A stretch of 64,000 bases of DNA, from assembly GCA_965209155.1 (NCBI GenBank), contig OZ242383.1:864001-928000 (forward strand), read 5' to 3'. Within the stretch, counting starts at the first letter, position 1; each line of letters begins with the position of its first letter. This DNA is from a bacterium (GTDB taxonomy: Bacteria; SAR324; NAC60-12). The translations under genes were made by a program, and so were the position numbers. The notes below the pieces were generated by a model. It ran no database searches and was not told the origin of the DNA. It saw nothing but the letters and a program-made list of their open reading frames with translations. This document shows, piece by piece, positions 28,909 through 38,496 of the stretch.

Positions 28909-28942
28909 CAACACGCGAGTTAATTATCGAACCCGCGTGTTG
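28909..28942. other. Intergenic stem-loop between SBP and permease (mRNA stabiliser/attenuator)
   Basis: CAACACGCG (28909-17) / CGCGTGTTG (28934-42). Confidence 0.55.
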
Positions 28943-28977
28943 TCAAATCGTTGATCGAGAAAAGTCACGAGTCGGGA

Positions 28978-30225
28978 TTATTCAAGAAGAGGCGCAATCC
29001 TGGCGTCAGCCGCCGCCAAGCCTTCGTCTCGGGACTTGGTTCCGGACATTACCGCGTTGATTTCTTCTCCGATGATGATCGCCATTTGCTCCCAATTTTT
29101 ATGCCGTGGTCGTGGAATCGAGTTTCGAATCGAATCAAGCAAGACTGGAAAAAAACGGAAACGATCTTGCGAAATCAATTCGGGGTCCTCAAATACTGAA
29201 ATCCGTACGGGTGAGTTACCGCGCAAAGCCGAAGTCTTGATTTGCTCGGGCGCGCTTGCCCAGTTGATGAAATCGAAGGCTGCCTGTTTGTTTTCCGATT
29301 CAGTGGATATGGCCGTCAACCAGTGCCCAATCATACCTTTTCCGGGGACGGTGCCAAAGGGCAAAGCCGTGTATTTCATCTGACCGACCACTTTCGACTG
29401 ATCCGGGTCCTCCAGGATGGAAACGAAAATTGGCCAGAAAATCGCTGTAGATGCCACACGTTGGGTTAGATTGGTCATCAGTTCTTCGAATGCCATTCCT
29501 TCAACCCCAGGAGGGGCATACTCGGCTAATTCAAGCCACAAATCAAGCGCGGTTCGACCGGCTTCACTGCTCAGACTCGGAGTATTGCCGTCCTCTCCCA
29601 AGACTTTGCCGCCATATGACCAGAATGCCGCCAACCATCCGGCAAAAGACTGTTGTTGGTTTGCTGCCATCATATAACCGAACTTGCGTCGTCTGCCCTT
29701 CTCTGCAACCATTTTTGCTGCCTCTTTTACGTCTTCCCACGTATCCATGGGGCCCGTATAACCCGCTTCTTCCAACATGGAAGGATTGTAGAAGAACATC
29801 ATGGCATTGCCCACGTAAGGCAAGCAATAGAATGGGCCCTCTGAGTAGGGATTCCGGCAAAGCGCCAGTGAGTGACCGACGAAATCATTGTCGGGGCCAT
29901 CCGTACCCAGCGCCGTGAAATATTGGGTCAATCGTTCCAGACAATTGGCATCCGCCAAGCCTTGGAACCAGGGATCATCTAATAAGTAGACGTCGTACGA
30001 TCCTGAACGAGTAGAACACGCGGTGAACACCTTCTCTCGCGCATTGACGTAAGGGACTTGAACCGTCTCGATGGTCACGCCTGTTAACTTTTCATAATCT
30101 TCACCCAACATTCTGAGGCCATCCCCATCGGGACCACTTGGTACCAACAGGGTTAAATCAGCAGCAGATACGCTTCCTCCCATGGCAATTGCCAACACCA
30201 ATAACACACTTTTTATGATTCTCAT
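28978..30225 (-). CDS. Carbohydrate/polyol ABC transporter substrate-binding protein
   Basis: Signal peptide, YEKLTGVTIE, YDVYLLDDPW, AISTESENKQAAFDFI. Confidence 0.9.
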   Translation of the reverse strand: MRIIKSVLLVLAIAMGGSVSAADLTLLVPSGPDGDGLRMLGEDYEKLTGVTIETVQVPYVNAREKVFTACSTRSGSYDVYLLDDPWFQGLADANCLERLTQYFTALGTDGPDNDFVGHSLALCRNPYSEGPFYCLPYVGNAMMFFYNPSMLEEAGYTGPMDTWEDVKEAAKMVAEKGRRRKFGYMMAANQQQSFAGWLAAFWSYGGKVLGEDGNTPSLSSEAGRTALDLWLELAEYAPPGVEGMAFEELMTNLTQRVASTAIFWPIFVSILEDPDQSKVVGQMKYTALPFGTVPGKGMIGHWLTAISTESENKQAAFDFINWASAPEQIKTSALRGNSPVRISVFEDPELISQDRFRFFPVLLDSIRNSIPRPRHKNWEQMAIIIGEEINAVMSGTKSRDEGLAAADARIAPLLE

Positions 30226-30241
30226 CTTTTTCTCCCATAAG

Positions 30242-30294
30242 ATTGTTAAAATTGAATGAATCGTTAAATTAAATTGTTAAAAAATTAATGTCAA
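30242..30294 (-). promoter_or_regulatory. Promoter with three direct repeats for the ABC-acoABC operon
   Basis: Minus-strand TTGACA (30294-30289); TTTAAC(A/G)AT three times at 30281-73, 30268-60 and 30250-42. Confidence 0.55.
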
Positions 30295-30639
30295 CCATTT
30301 TTTCGTTGAAATTTTCGAATTTTTTCAGAGGTCCTTCGATATCTGGCGATTTTTCAATTGCGAATTGTATTACGTCTCTACCTGCTTCGAGAAACGAGTG
30401 GATATCACGCGAGAGAAGAAGTTGAGGTGAAGAGTGTCGAAAAACAGGATGGGTCTTTTCAGCGTTCTGCCGTAGGATAAAGACGAATACTTTCTCTTTT
30501 CCAGGTACGATCATCGATACCTCCGACTTTGATAAACGCAATTGAAAGTAAGATGATTATAACAGATGGGTTATGCTCAGAGCGGAAGCATAGCTCACGT
30601 CAAGAGAGCGGAAAGCGGTCTGGTATTCCAAAGAAAAAG

Positions 30640-31686
30640 TCAAGAATAAAAATGATGAAATTTTGCCGCATAGCGCATGCATGCGCCGACGTCAATGGTG
30701 TTGAAGGCGTTGGAGACCAAGGTCACTTGCGCCTGGTCCTGGGAGTCATAGTCAATTTCTCGTTCTCCATCCAGAGCGATCATGCCGGATTTCGTATTCA
30801 GGGGAATCGTTTCCTGAACTGAGAACAAATGATAATCACGCACGCCTACCTTTGTGAATAATCCCGGCGCAATTGGAACCCGGACGGTTTTCTTTGCAGT
30901 GGAAGGCGACTGCAGTCGTACGTGTAATCCAAAAGGCTCATGCCTCGCTACAGGTCTCAAGAGTCCGGCAATCGCGGACAGGCCAATTGCCTCCGGATCG
31001 GCATAAGTGACAAAGAGTTCTCGAAAATTGTCAGTTCTCCAAAGCGCGCGGGCGCCGATGTAGCGTTCTGTGGTTACGGAAACATCGACAATGGCGATCT
31101 CCGATCGATTGTTGCCTTTTAATTCCACTTTCAACATTTTGTTTTGTACCTGGGCAATTTCCCGGGGAATTTGCCCTGTCACGGCCAGTCCCACTGCCAG
31201 GCCGGTTATTGTCGGTTCCCGCTGCTCGGGAAAGGCATTGTTGGTTCCTGTTGAAATGCCGGCAATGCCAATCGACCCGCAGTGCTGCGCAACGGCCCGA
31301 TGCGTTCCGTCGCCACCCAGAACGATGATGGCCTTCACTCCTGCTTGCGCCATGGCTTGCGTTGAAGTGATGGTGTCCTCAACATTGCCTTTGACCGGAG
31401 TGTCCGTGAATTTCAAGGAGGGAAAGGTGGCATGTCCCAGTTTTTTTTCTCGTTCCAGGCTTCGCGTCAGCGCTTTGCGAATGCCTCCATTCTCCGGCAT
31501 CATGAGCACCTTGGGAACCCCACAGGCACCGAGTGCTGCCATCACTCGCAGTATCACGTTTGCCCGGTCCACAATCGGCATGCTCGCTGCATTGGCGATC
31601 ACCCGACGAATATCCCTTGCCGCAATCGGATTGGCAATCAGGCCAACAGTGATGCTATCCGATTTGACGTTTGAAAAAGATGGCAT
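30640..31686 (-). CDS. acoX: Acetoin catabolism protein X (NAD-kinase-like)
   Basis: GLIANP.AARDIRRV, LGGDGT, STGTNNAFP, IALDGERE; acoABC downstream. Confidence 0.88.
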   Translation of the reverse strand: MPSFSNVKSDSITVGLIANPIAARDIRRVIANAASMPIVDRANVILRVMAALGACGVPKVLMMPENGGIRKALTRSLEREKKLGHATFPSLKFTDTPVKGNVEDTITSTQAMAQAGVKAIIVLGGDGTHRAVAQHCGSIGIAGISTGTNNAFPEQREPTITGLAVGLAVTGQIPREIAQVQNKMLKVELKGNNRSEIAIVDVSVTTERYIGARALWRTDNFRELFVTYADPEAIGLSAIAGLLRPVARHEPFGLHVRLQSPSTAKKTVRVPIAPGLFTKVGVRDYHLFSVQETIPLNTKSGMIALDGEREIDYDSQDQAQVTLVSNAFNTIDVGACMRYAAKFHHFYS

Positions 31687-31716
31687 TGTCTGAATTTTGT
31701 ATAGAGATTTTTGTTT

Positions 31717-33648
31717 TTATTGAAACTGGCCTGAGAAATAGCGCTCCGCCAGATGAAATGCGGCAATGCCGATTTTTTCACCAATCACACGTCCCGGGAT
31801 GTCATCGGCAGGAGGATGAATCCCTCCCCAAATCCTCGAAAGACTGGTCTGGTCTGAAGCATCCCGGTATGTGGCCCATTGAAGGGTCATATCTACGCTG
31901 GGACCATCCTCGAAAACCAGAAATTCGTTTTGTTTGATTTGAAATTCTCCCATCCCTCCGGGAAAAAAGGCATTTCCAGTCAAGAGGGTCATCACTTCCG
32001 CGGCAGCGCGCGAAAAAGTGGAATGGCCTGAAATATATCCGGCGAAGGGAGGTGTCACAAAAGTAGGTCTTTGGTAGGGCCACCAGTTCTCCGCCAGTAT
32101 CCAACCCACTCCCGCCAAGTCCGTTTCCGGATTCTCGATATGCGCCGGACCGCGCCAGGCGTATAACTTGATCTCGTTTACGTGTTCTCCTTGCTCTCCT
32201 GCCAGAGGGTCTCCTTCCTCAACCAGTTCAACGTAACCATCGACTAAAGGAATGCCACCAGGATGATATCGTGGGAGATTCGGATCCGTACTTTGTCCAT
32301 ACTCAGCCATCGCCCGAATTGCAGAAATAGGTCGTACGTAGTCGTACCAACCTTTTATTCCCCATGCCGCAACAGCTGCATCATGAACGGCTCCTCCCAT
32401 GGTAAAATATGATTTCACGTCCCATTGCAGGTTATCAAGACGCGGACCCAGTCCCCGGAATCTTTTTTCGAACAGGGGGTGATCGTTGACATAGTTCAGG
32501 ATAGTAAACCAGTGTCCTGGTGGGGTTTCGGAATCAGGGCCGTCGGCCCAAAATTCGGCAAGTGCCCTGGCATAGTCTGCTCGTGGGACCCACTGCGCTT
32601 CATAAGGCTTCCCGGTATGAGGATTGGTCGTGTGCCCTTGGCCAGGATCGCCGCCTTCCAGCAAGTCATAAAATTCGCGATACTCTTCACTTAGCAGAGG
32701 AAACTTCTGAACGTTTCCTATGGATGATGGCGAGATATCCCACATGACGCCGTCGGCAGGGTCGAGGTGAGCGGACCAGATCGCAACTAAAACAAAACCC
32801 CATTTATAATCGTCGTTGAGTTCGGCATTCTTACTGAAGTCCAGGTAAGGAGGTGGCCCGGGATCATGATAGACCCAATATTGATTGCCGTCACGCTCGT
32901 GAAAAGAAAGGTCTGCTTTATCGAGGGCGAATGCGGAAACTTCACCCCATTCCGGACTGACGAATGAAGGGGCGGCACCCGGAAATTCATTTCCGGACTG
33001 ATCAATAAATACGTCGAAGCGTAAAGGTTGCCAGCGGTTTGGATCCAGAATATCCGGATTACCAGATGCCATCAGGTCCAATGGGGGATTCACAGGCTTG
33101 TAGTTTTTATTTTCATACTGGTTCCGCTCGTTGGCACCGTCTTGTAAGCCAAAATTTATCAAACACCGGGCGATGTAGTTACCTAATGTCGCGGGAGAAC
33201 CCGACGTGTAATCAGTGCCGGTGATTGTTTTGTCATATCCTAACTCTTCAAGTAAGGCGTCGATTCGCGCAAGAGAAATTCTCGCTCCCGGTGAAACCCG
33301 GAAACGTTCACGAATTATACGATACATGGCATAACTGATGGCTTCCTCTCGAGCTTGGTGTTTGTTTCTTGGGATGTTCACACCCTCAAATGGGCAAGTA
33401 AAATTTCCGACTGTTTTTCCCAGCAAGTAGGTTTCAGCAGTCTCGTCGTAGGCAGCCCAGGCATCGTACATCGCTATGGAAGTGTGGAAAAGATTCCGAG
33501 CATGAACCGTAGGACGGGCGTAATCCGTGCGGATCGCGCTCAACAGCGCTTCATTCCAGAGTCGAGCCACAGAGGGTTGATCCTGTTCGTTTAAAAGTAA
33601 ATAAGACATCGAGATCAACGACAACAGCATCAAATACGTCCAACTCAT
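31717..33648 (-). CDS. Vanadium-dependent haloperoxidase-like (PAP2 superfamily) protein
   Basis: K..YDYVRP, PPFAGYISGHSTF and SRIWGGIH vanadate/phosphate-binding motifs; hydrophobic N-terminus. Confidence 0.85.
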   Translation of the reverse strand: MSWTYLMLLSLISMSYLLLNEQDQPSVARLWNEALLSAIRTDYARPTVHARNLFHTSIAMYDAWAAYDETAETYLLGKTVGNFTCPFEGVNIPRNKHQAREEAISYAMYRIIRERFRVSPGARISLARIDALLEELGYDKTITGTDYTSGSPATLGNYIARCLINFGLQDGANERNQYENKNYKPVNPPLDLMASGNPDILDPNRWQPLRFDVFIDQSGNEFPGAAPSFVSPEWGEVSAFALDKADLSFHERDGNQYWVYHDPGPPPYLDFSKNAELNDDYKWGFVLVAIWSAHLDPADGVMWDISPSSIGNVQKFPLLSEEYREFYDLLEGGDPGQGHTTNPHTGKPYEAQWVPRADYARALAEFWADGPDSETPPGHWFTILNYVNDHPLFEKRFRGLGPRLDNLQWDVKSYFTMGGAVHDAAVAAWGIKGWYDYVRPISAIRAMAEYGQSTDPNLPRYHPGGIPLVDGYVELVEEGDPLAGEQGEHVNEIKLYAWRGPAHIENPETDLAGVGWILAENWWPYQRPTFVTPPFAGYISGHSTFSRAAAEVMTLLTGNAFFPGGMGEFQIKQNEFLVFEDGPSVDMTLQWATYRDASDQTSLSRIWGGIHPPADDIPGRVIGEKIGIAAFHLAERYFSGQFQ

Positions 33649-34274
33649 TCAACTCCTTAAATATATTTAATTTTCTGGGGAACATTGCTCAGAGCGCTTG
33701 TTGCCACCATTTCTTGATTACGTGTCATAATTTCACCAATCTTTACTCATCGTCCGCAATTTCATAAAATCACAACACTTCTCATATTGCAAGAAATTGC
33801 AAATGTGGGAATATCTCTGTTTTGTGTCTTTATTTGAGGATGAAGTTGAATAAGCAATTAATTTGACTGATGTTACGGGCACACTATTTGCTCAGAATGA
33901 ATTTTTCAAGTAAGAGGTGCATTGATGGCCTGTAACCCTTGAAGAAGCTTTCAGAGCATTCATGTATAATCTTGCCTTGATGGAGAAATGGTTCAAAGAT
34001 TTTTTCATTTTTAGATGTTCAAGTTTAACAAATCCTGTTAAAAACAATGGTGATTGGTTCATGACTCAAACAACCATCCACTATAGACGACAAACACGTC
34101 CCCGTCGCTTGGGAAAAAGGACTGATCAAATTTTTTAAAAAGTACTTGATATAGCCTAATTAAGGCGAAAACATTAGGGAACAATTAGTTCTTAATCCCG
34201 GATTCAGTGAAGATAAATTACTAAATCTGCGTTGAACACTTTGTTGTTCCACACTCTAACGTGGAGAGGTATGT

Positions 34275-35246
34275 ATGGCACTTGACCGTGCGACGAAACA
34301 GTTCATTCAATCGATAGCCGACCTTGACGCCAAACCGCTACAAGAGATGACCCCTGAAGAAGCGCGTACCTTTGTCAGATCTTTGCACGAAATGGCCGGA
34401 CCCGCGCCGTCGATGGCCCGGGTCGAGGAGCACACGCTTGAACAGGAGGGCGGAAACGTCGGTCTCCGGGTGCTTGTCCCGATCGATCCTCCTGCAGGTG
34501 TGATCGTTTACTACCACGGCGGGGGTTGGGTGATCGGATCGATCGACGAGTTCGATACAATGGCGCGCAAGCTCGCGGAGCGAACGTCGTGCGCCGTGGT
34601 GCTGGTCGAATACCGGCTGGCACCTGAACACCGTTACCCGGTCGCTGTCGACGACTCGTATGCTGCACTGGAATGGACTGCCGCCCATCTAGAGGAAATT
34701 GCCGGAGGCGAAGTGCCGCTGTTCGTAGCTGGCGATAGCGCTGGAGGAAACCTCAGCGCCGTGGTTGCGGTCCGCGCGCGCGACCGCAATGGCCCCGAGA
34801 TCGCACTGCAGATCCTTATCTATCCCGTCACCGACGCGAACTTCGACCGGCCCTCGTATACGAATCCCGAAAACGCGTTGCTGCTGACCAGGGAGGGCAT
34901 GATCTGGTTCTGGGACCACTATGTGCCCGACCCCGCACAGCGCAGCGAACCCGGTGCCTCCCCTTTGCAGACGCCGGATTTTTCAGGTCTGCCACCTGCT
35001 GTGATTCTGACGGCGGAATACGACGTGTTACGTGACGAAGGTGAAGCATATGCGGAGCGACTCGCCGACGCGGGCGTGCAGGTCGACCTGCATCGCTACA
35101 AGGGACAGATCCATGGCTTCTTCATGCTACAGATGCTGCCGGGCAGTGAACTTGGATATCAACAATTCGTGAAAGCGATCCGAGCGCACATCGTGCGCCG
35201 ACAACGACCAATTGCCACTCAGACAACATCCACCCAGTGCGTTTGA
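34275..35246 (+). CDS. Alpha/beta hydrolase, HSL-family esterase
   Basis: HGGG, GDSAG, DVLRDE, IHGF. Confidence 0.93.
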   Translation: MALDRATKQFIQSIADLDAKPLQEMTPEEARTFVRSLHEMAGPAPSMARVEEHTLEQEGGNVGLRVLVPIDPPAGVIVYYHGGGWVIGSIDEFDTMARKLAERTSCAVVLVEYRLAPEHRYPVAVDDSYAALEWTAAHLEEIAGGEVPLFVAGDSAGGNLSAVVAVRARDRNGPEIALQILIYPVTDANFDRPSYTNPENALLLTREGMIWFWDHYVPDPAQRSEPGASPLQTPDFSGLPPAVILTAEYDVLRDEGEAYAERLADAGVQVDLHRYKGQIHGFFMLQMLPGSELGYQQFVKAIRAHIVRRQRPIATQTTSTQCV

Positions 35247-35275
35247 ACGGATCAGAGAGAAAGGAAAAAAGGAAG

Positions 35276-36916
35276 ATGTCAAACCACACCAACCGTGCGC
35301 ACTTCGACGCTGTCGTGATCGGCGCCGGATTTTCGGGACTTTACATGCTCCACCGCCTGCGCGATAAGCTGGGCCTGTCGACACAGGTCTACGAGGCGGG
35401 CGACGGTGTCGGCGGCACCTGGTACTGGAACCGCTACCCCGGCGCACGCGTCGATTCTGAGAGCTACGCCTATTGTTATTCATTCGACGAGGACCTGCTG
35501 CAGGAATGGAACTGGAGCGGCAAGTTCCCCGTACAGCCCGAGGTCCTGGCATACCTCAACCACGTTGCCGATCGATATGACCTGCGCCACTATATCCAGT
35601 TCAACACGCGTGTTACCGCCGCCCATTTCAACGAGTCAGTCGGCCACTGGGAAGTCGAAACCGACCAGGGCGATCGGGTTTCGGCGCACTACCTGATCAC
35701 AGCGATCGGCTGTATCTCAACCGGTCAGATCCCGAATATCCCAGGTCTCGATAGCTTCACGGGCAAGTGGTACCACACCGGTGACTGGCCCCACGATGGG
35801 GTTGACTTTAAAGACAAGCGGGTCGGCGTGATCGGCACAGGCTCTAGCGGTGTACAGGCAATTCCGGTCATCGCCAGGGAAGCCGGGCACCTGACGGTCT
35901 TCCAGCGTACGGCCCAGTTCTCGGTGCCGGCGCGTCACCACACCGTCGATCAAAAATTCCTGGCGCAAGTGAAGGCCAACTACGCTGAGATCTGGAAAAA
36001 GTGCAAGAGCAACAAAAGCGGTCATCCCTACGACGATCCGGTGCGATCAGCGCTCGAGGTGAGCGACGTGGAACGCCGGGCAACTTACGAATCCGCTTGG
36101 GCCGAAGGTGCCTACCGCTTCCTGTTTTCTTACAGGGATATCATACGCGACCTGCGCGCGAACAGCACGGCTTCCGAGTTCATCCGCTCCAAGATTCGTG
36201 AGATCGTGAAGGACCGGGAAACCGCTGAAAAGCTAATTCCCAGAGACCATCCCTACTCTTCGAAGCGGGCTTTGATCGACACCGATTATTTTGAAACCTA
36301 CAACCGCGACAACGTCGACCTGGTGGACATCCGCCACTTCCCGATCGAAAAAATCACACCGGCAGGGATCTTCACCGCGGACGGCCAGGAACATGAACTC
36401 GACATCATCGTCTTCGCCACCGGTTACGACGCAATGACAGGCAGCTTTTTGAAAATGGACGTCCGCGGCCGCGGCGGTCTCGCATTGAAAGAGAAATGGA
36501 GCGAGGGTCCCAAGACCTATCTCGGCGTGGCAATCGCCGGCTTCCCGAACCTGTTTATGATCACCGGACCGGGAAGCCCCTCGGTGCTGTCCAACATGCC
36601 GGTGGCGATCGAACAGCACGTCGAATGGATCTCCGGCTTCGTCGAGTACTTGGGCCAACACGCGATCGGCGAAGTCGACGTGGACCCGGACGCCGAGGCT
36701 GAGTGGGTGGCTCACGTGAACGAACTCGCTGAACGGACGTTGTTCTTGCTGGCCGATTCGTGGTACCTCGGGGCGAACATCCCCGGTAAACCGCGTGTGT
36801 TCATGCCCTACTCCGGCGGCATGGTAACTTACCGGGATCACTGCGAGGCGATCGCTGCCGACGGTTACCCCGGCTTTGCCATGAACAAATCATCAATCAA
36901 ACCGACGCTTATTTGA
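35276..36916 (+). CDS. Baeyer-Villiger monooxygenase (cyclohexanone/phenylacetone-type)
   Basis: GAGFSG, GGTWYWNRYPG, FTGKWYHTGDW, GTGSSG, ATGY, SWYLGANIPGKP. Confidence 0.94.
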   Translation: MSNHTNRAHFDAVVIGAGFSGLYMLHRLRDKLGLSTQVYEAGDGVGGTWYWNRYPGARVDSESYAYCYSFDEDLLQEWNWSGKFPVQPEVLAYLNHVADRYDLRHYIQFNTRVTAAHFNESVGHWEVETDQGDRVSAHYLITAIGCISTGQIPNIPGLDSFTGKWYHTGDWPHDGVDFKDKRVGVIGTGSSGVQAIPVIAREAGHLTVFQRTAQFSVPARHHTVDQKFLAQVKANYAEIWKKCKSNKSGHPYDDPVRSALEVSDVERRATYESAWAEGAYRFLFSYRDIIRDLRANSTASEFIRSKIREIVKDRETAEKLIPRDHPYSSKRALIDTDYFETYNRDNVDLVDIRHFPIEKITPAGIFTADGQEHELDIIVFATGYDAMTGSFLKMDVRGRGGLALKEKWSEGPKTYLGVAIAGFPNLFMITGPGSPSVLSNMPVAIEQHVEWISGFVEYLGQHAIGEVDVDPDAEAEWVAHVNELAERTLFLLADSWYLGANIPGKPRVFMPYSGGMVTYRDHCEAIAADGYPGFAMNKSSIKPTLI

Positions 36917-36976
36917 CAAGGGAAAGGGGGCACCTGAATTGAAAGTGCGCACTAATTCATGCGCATGCCCAAACTT

Positions 36977-37945
36977 TTAGTCAAACTGGCCTTTAGGAAT
37001 CATTTTCCATTTCTCCGGATCGGGACCTGCCGCAGCATAAGGGTAAACTTGGGTCTGTCCCAGCAGTTGGAGAAAACGGGTGTTGTTGGCCTGACGTTCG
37101 AGAATTTCATCGGGGACCGCCTCCCCCCACGTCTCTTGAGTCTGGATGTGCTGTCGACAGAAGTACACCGCAAGATTCATACGAATCCCGGGAACTTGAC
37201 GCCGATACGACCCATGCCAGGTATTGCCATGCCACACGGTGCAATCGCCCGGGGCCATATTGACCGGAACGGCATTGGGATTGCCATGATCCCCTCCAAG
37301 CTGTATTTCATCCCCATGCGGTTTGCGGCACAGCCGGTGGCTGCCGGGTACCACGGCTAAGGCCCCCGCCTCTTCACTATAGGGGGTGAGCGCGTAGTTC
37401 ACATTGGCCACCTGGGAGATCATGCAAAAGGGGGATGGTTGGCCATTGCCATTATCAGAATGCAGTGGGACTGGATTGCCCCTCATGCCTTTGAAGTGGC
37501 AGGTCAAGCTGGAGAGCTTACAACTGCGACCCAAAAGGTAATAAATCAGAGCCAGAGGTTTGGGGGCTTGGATGATGGATTCAAACACGGGGTCTTCAAA
37601 CAGTAGATAAAACACCACATTCGTGTCACTCCAAAGGGGGTCGGTTTCGTTGTCGAGATCCACTTTTTTTCCAGTGATATCCTCTTTGATCCGAATAATC
37701 GTCTCCCTGGCCCGTTTCAGTTGGTCGGGGGGGATGGCCTCTTTGATGGTGGTGTACCCTTGGACTTCCAATTCAGCCAGGTGGCTCTCTAAACCCAATT
37801 CGTGAATCTCCGAGACTGTTTGCTCCAAAGCGGCTTTGTCCGGATTATCAAACAACGACCCGGAAGGTAAGCTGATCTGCTGTATGTGTGTGCGGTTGCT
37901 TTGTCTGCCCATCTGGGCTTTTTCGTTCAATGTTGTTTCAGTCAT
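36977..37945 (-). CDS. Phytanoyl-CoA dioxygenase (PhyH) family protein
   Basis: LHSD (HxD), GAL.VVPGSH, GNTWHG; SD AAGGAG before MTETT. Confidence 0.88.
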   Translation of the reverse strand: MTETTLNEKAQMGRQSNRTHIQQISLPSGSLFDNPDKAALEQTVSEIHELGLESHLAELEVQGYTTIKEAIPPDQLKRARETIIRIKEDITGKKVDLDNETDPLWSDTNVVFYLLFEDPVFESIIQAPKPLALIYYLLGRSCKLSSLTCHFKGMRGNPVPLHSDNGNGQPSPFCMISQVANVNYALTPYSEEAGALAVVPGSHRLCRKPHGDEIQLGGDHGNPNAVPVNMAPGDCTVWHGNTWHGSYRRQVPGIRMNLAVYFCRQHIQTQETWGEAVPDEILERQANNTRFLQLLGQTQVYPYAAAGPDPEKWKMIPKGQFD

Positions 37946-38221
37946 GATTCTCTCCTTCTGTGTATAAGTAATTGCCAAAATACCAGAGTTGTAAACATGT
38001 TGTCTCTTCCAAATGTTCAGTGAACCTCATTCCTTGATCCGATGCCGGTAGGCAGGGGTTAAGGTCTTCAGTTTCCACAAAATTCCATCAAATTATACTT
38101 GAATGAAATAATAAATTCATCAATAAATAACCTCTTATTCAAAAAGGAATAGAACGTGTCTGTGACGGCCGAGGCCAACCCGAGTCGAGCAAGACAAGCG
38201 ATCAAGGCTGAAAAGCGCTAT

Positions 38222-38413
38222 CTCGTTTTGAATAGTAATGAAATGAGAATTATACCCATTGACTTTTCAGTGTTGATAGGTGCATATTGGACAGTGCAAT
38301 GGAATGGACATGGCGGGTGCCGTTATTAGTTCCCCCCTATCCTCATATTTTATTTCATTTTTCAAAAGCAAATCACCCAAGCTGTGATGTCTTCCGGATT
38401 TGGAGGCCGATAG
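38222..38413 (+). pseudogene. C-terminal remnant of a MalG-type ABC permease
   Basis: With two frameshifts reads LVLNSNEMRIIPI...VQWN / MAGAVISS / PILIFYFIFQKQITQAVMSSGFGGR*. Confidence 0.7.
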
Positions 38414-38496
38414 TTGGTAGAGAACTTTAGAGGAGTTTCTATGACAGGGACACTGGAACAGCATGCCATTCCCGCTTTCTCTTACCAGGAGGACTT

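Noticed and set aside
30269..30541. 90-aa ORF between acoX and the SBP gene
   Set aside because: No family resemblance and it runs through the SBP promoter; probably spurious
34179..34191. GAAC-N5-GTTC as a LexA box
   Set aside because: Spacing differs from the GAAC-N4-GTTC consensus and the downstream genes are not SOS genes
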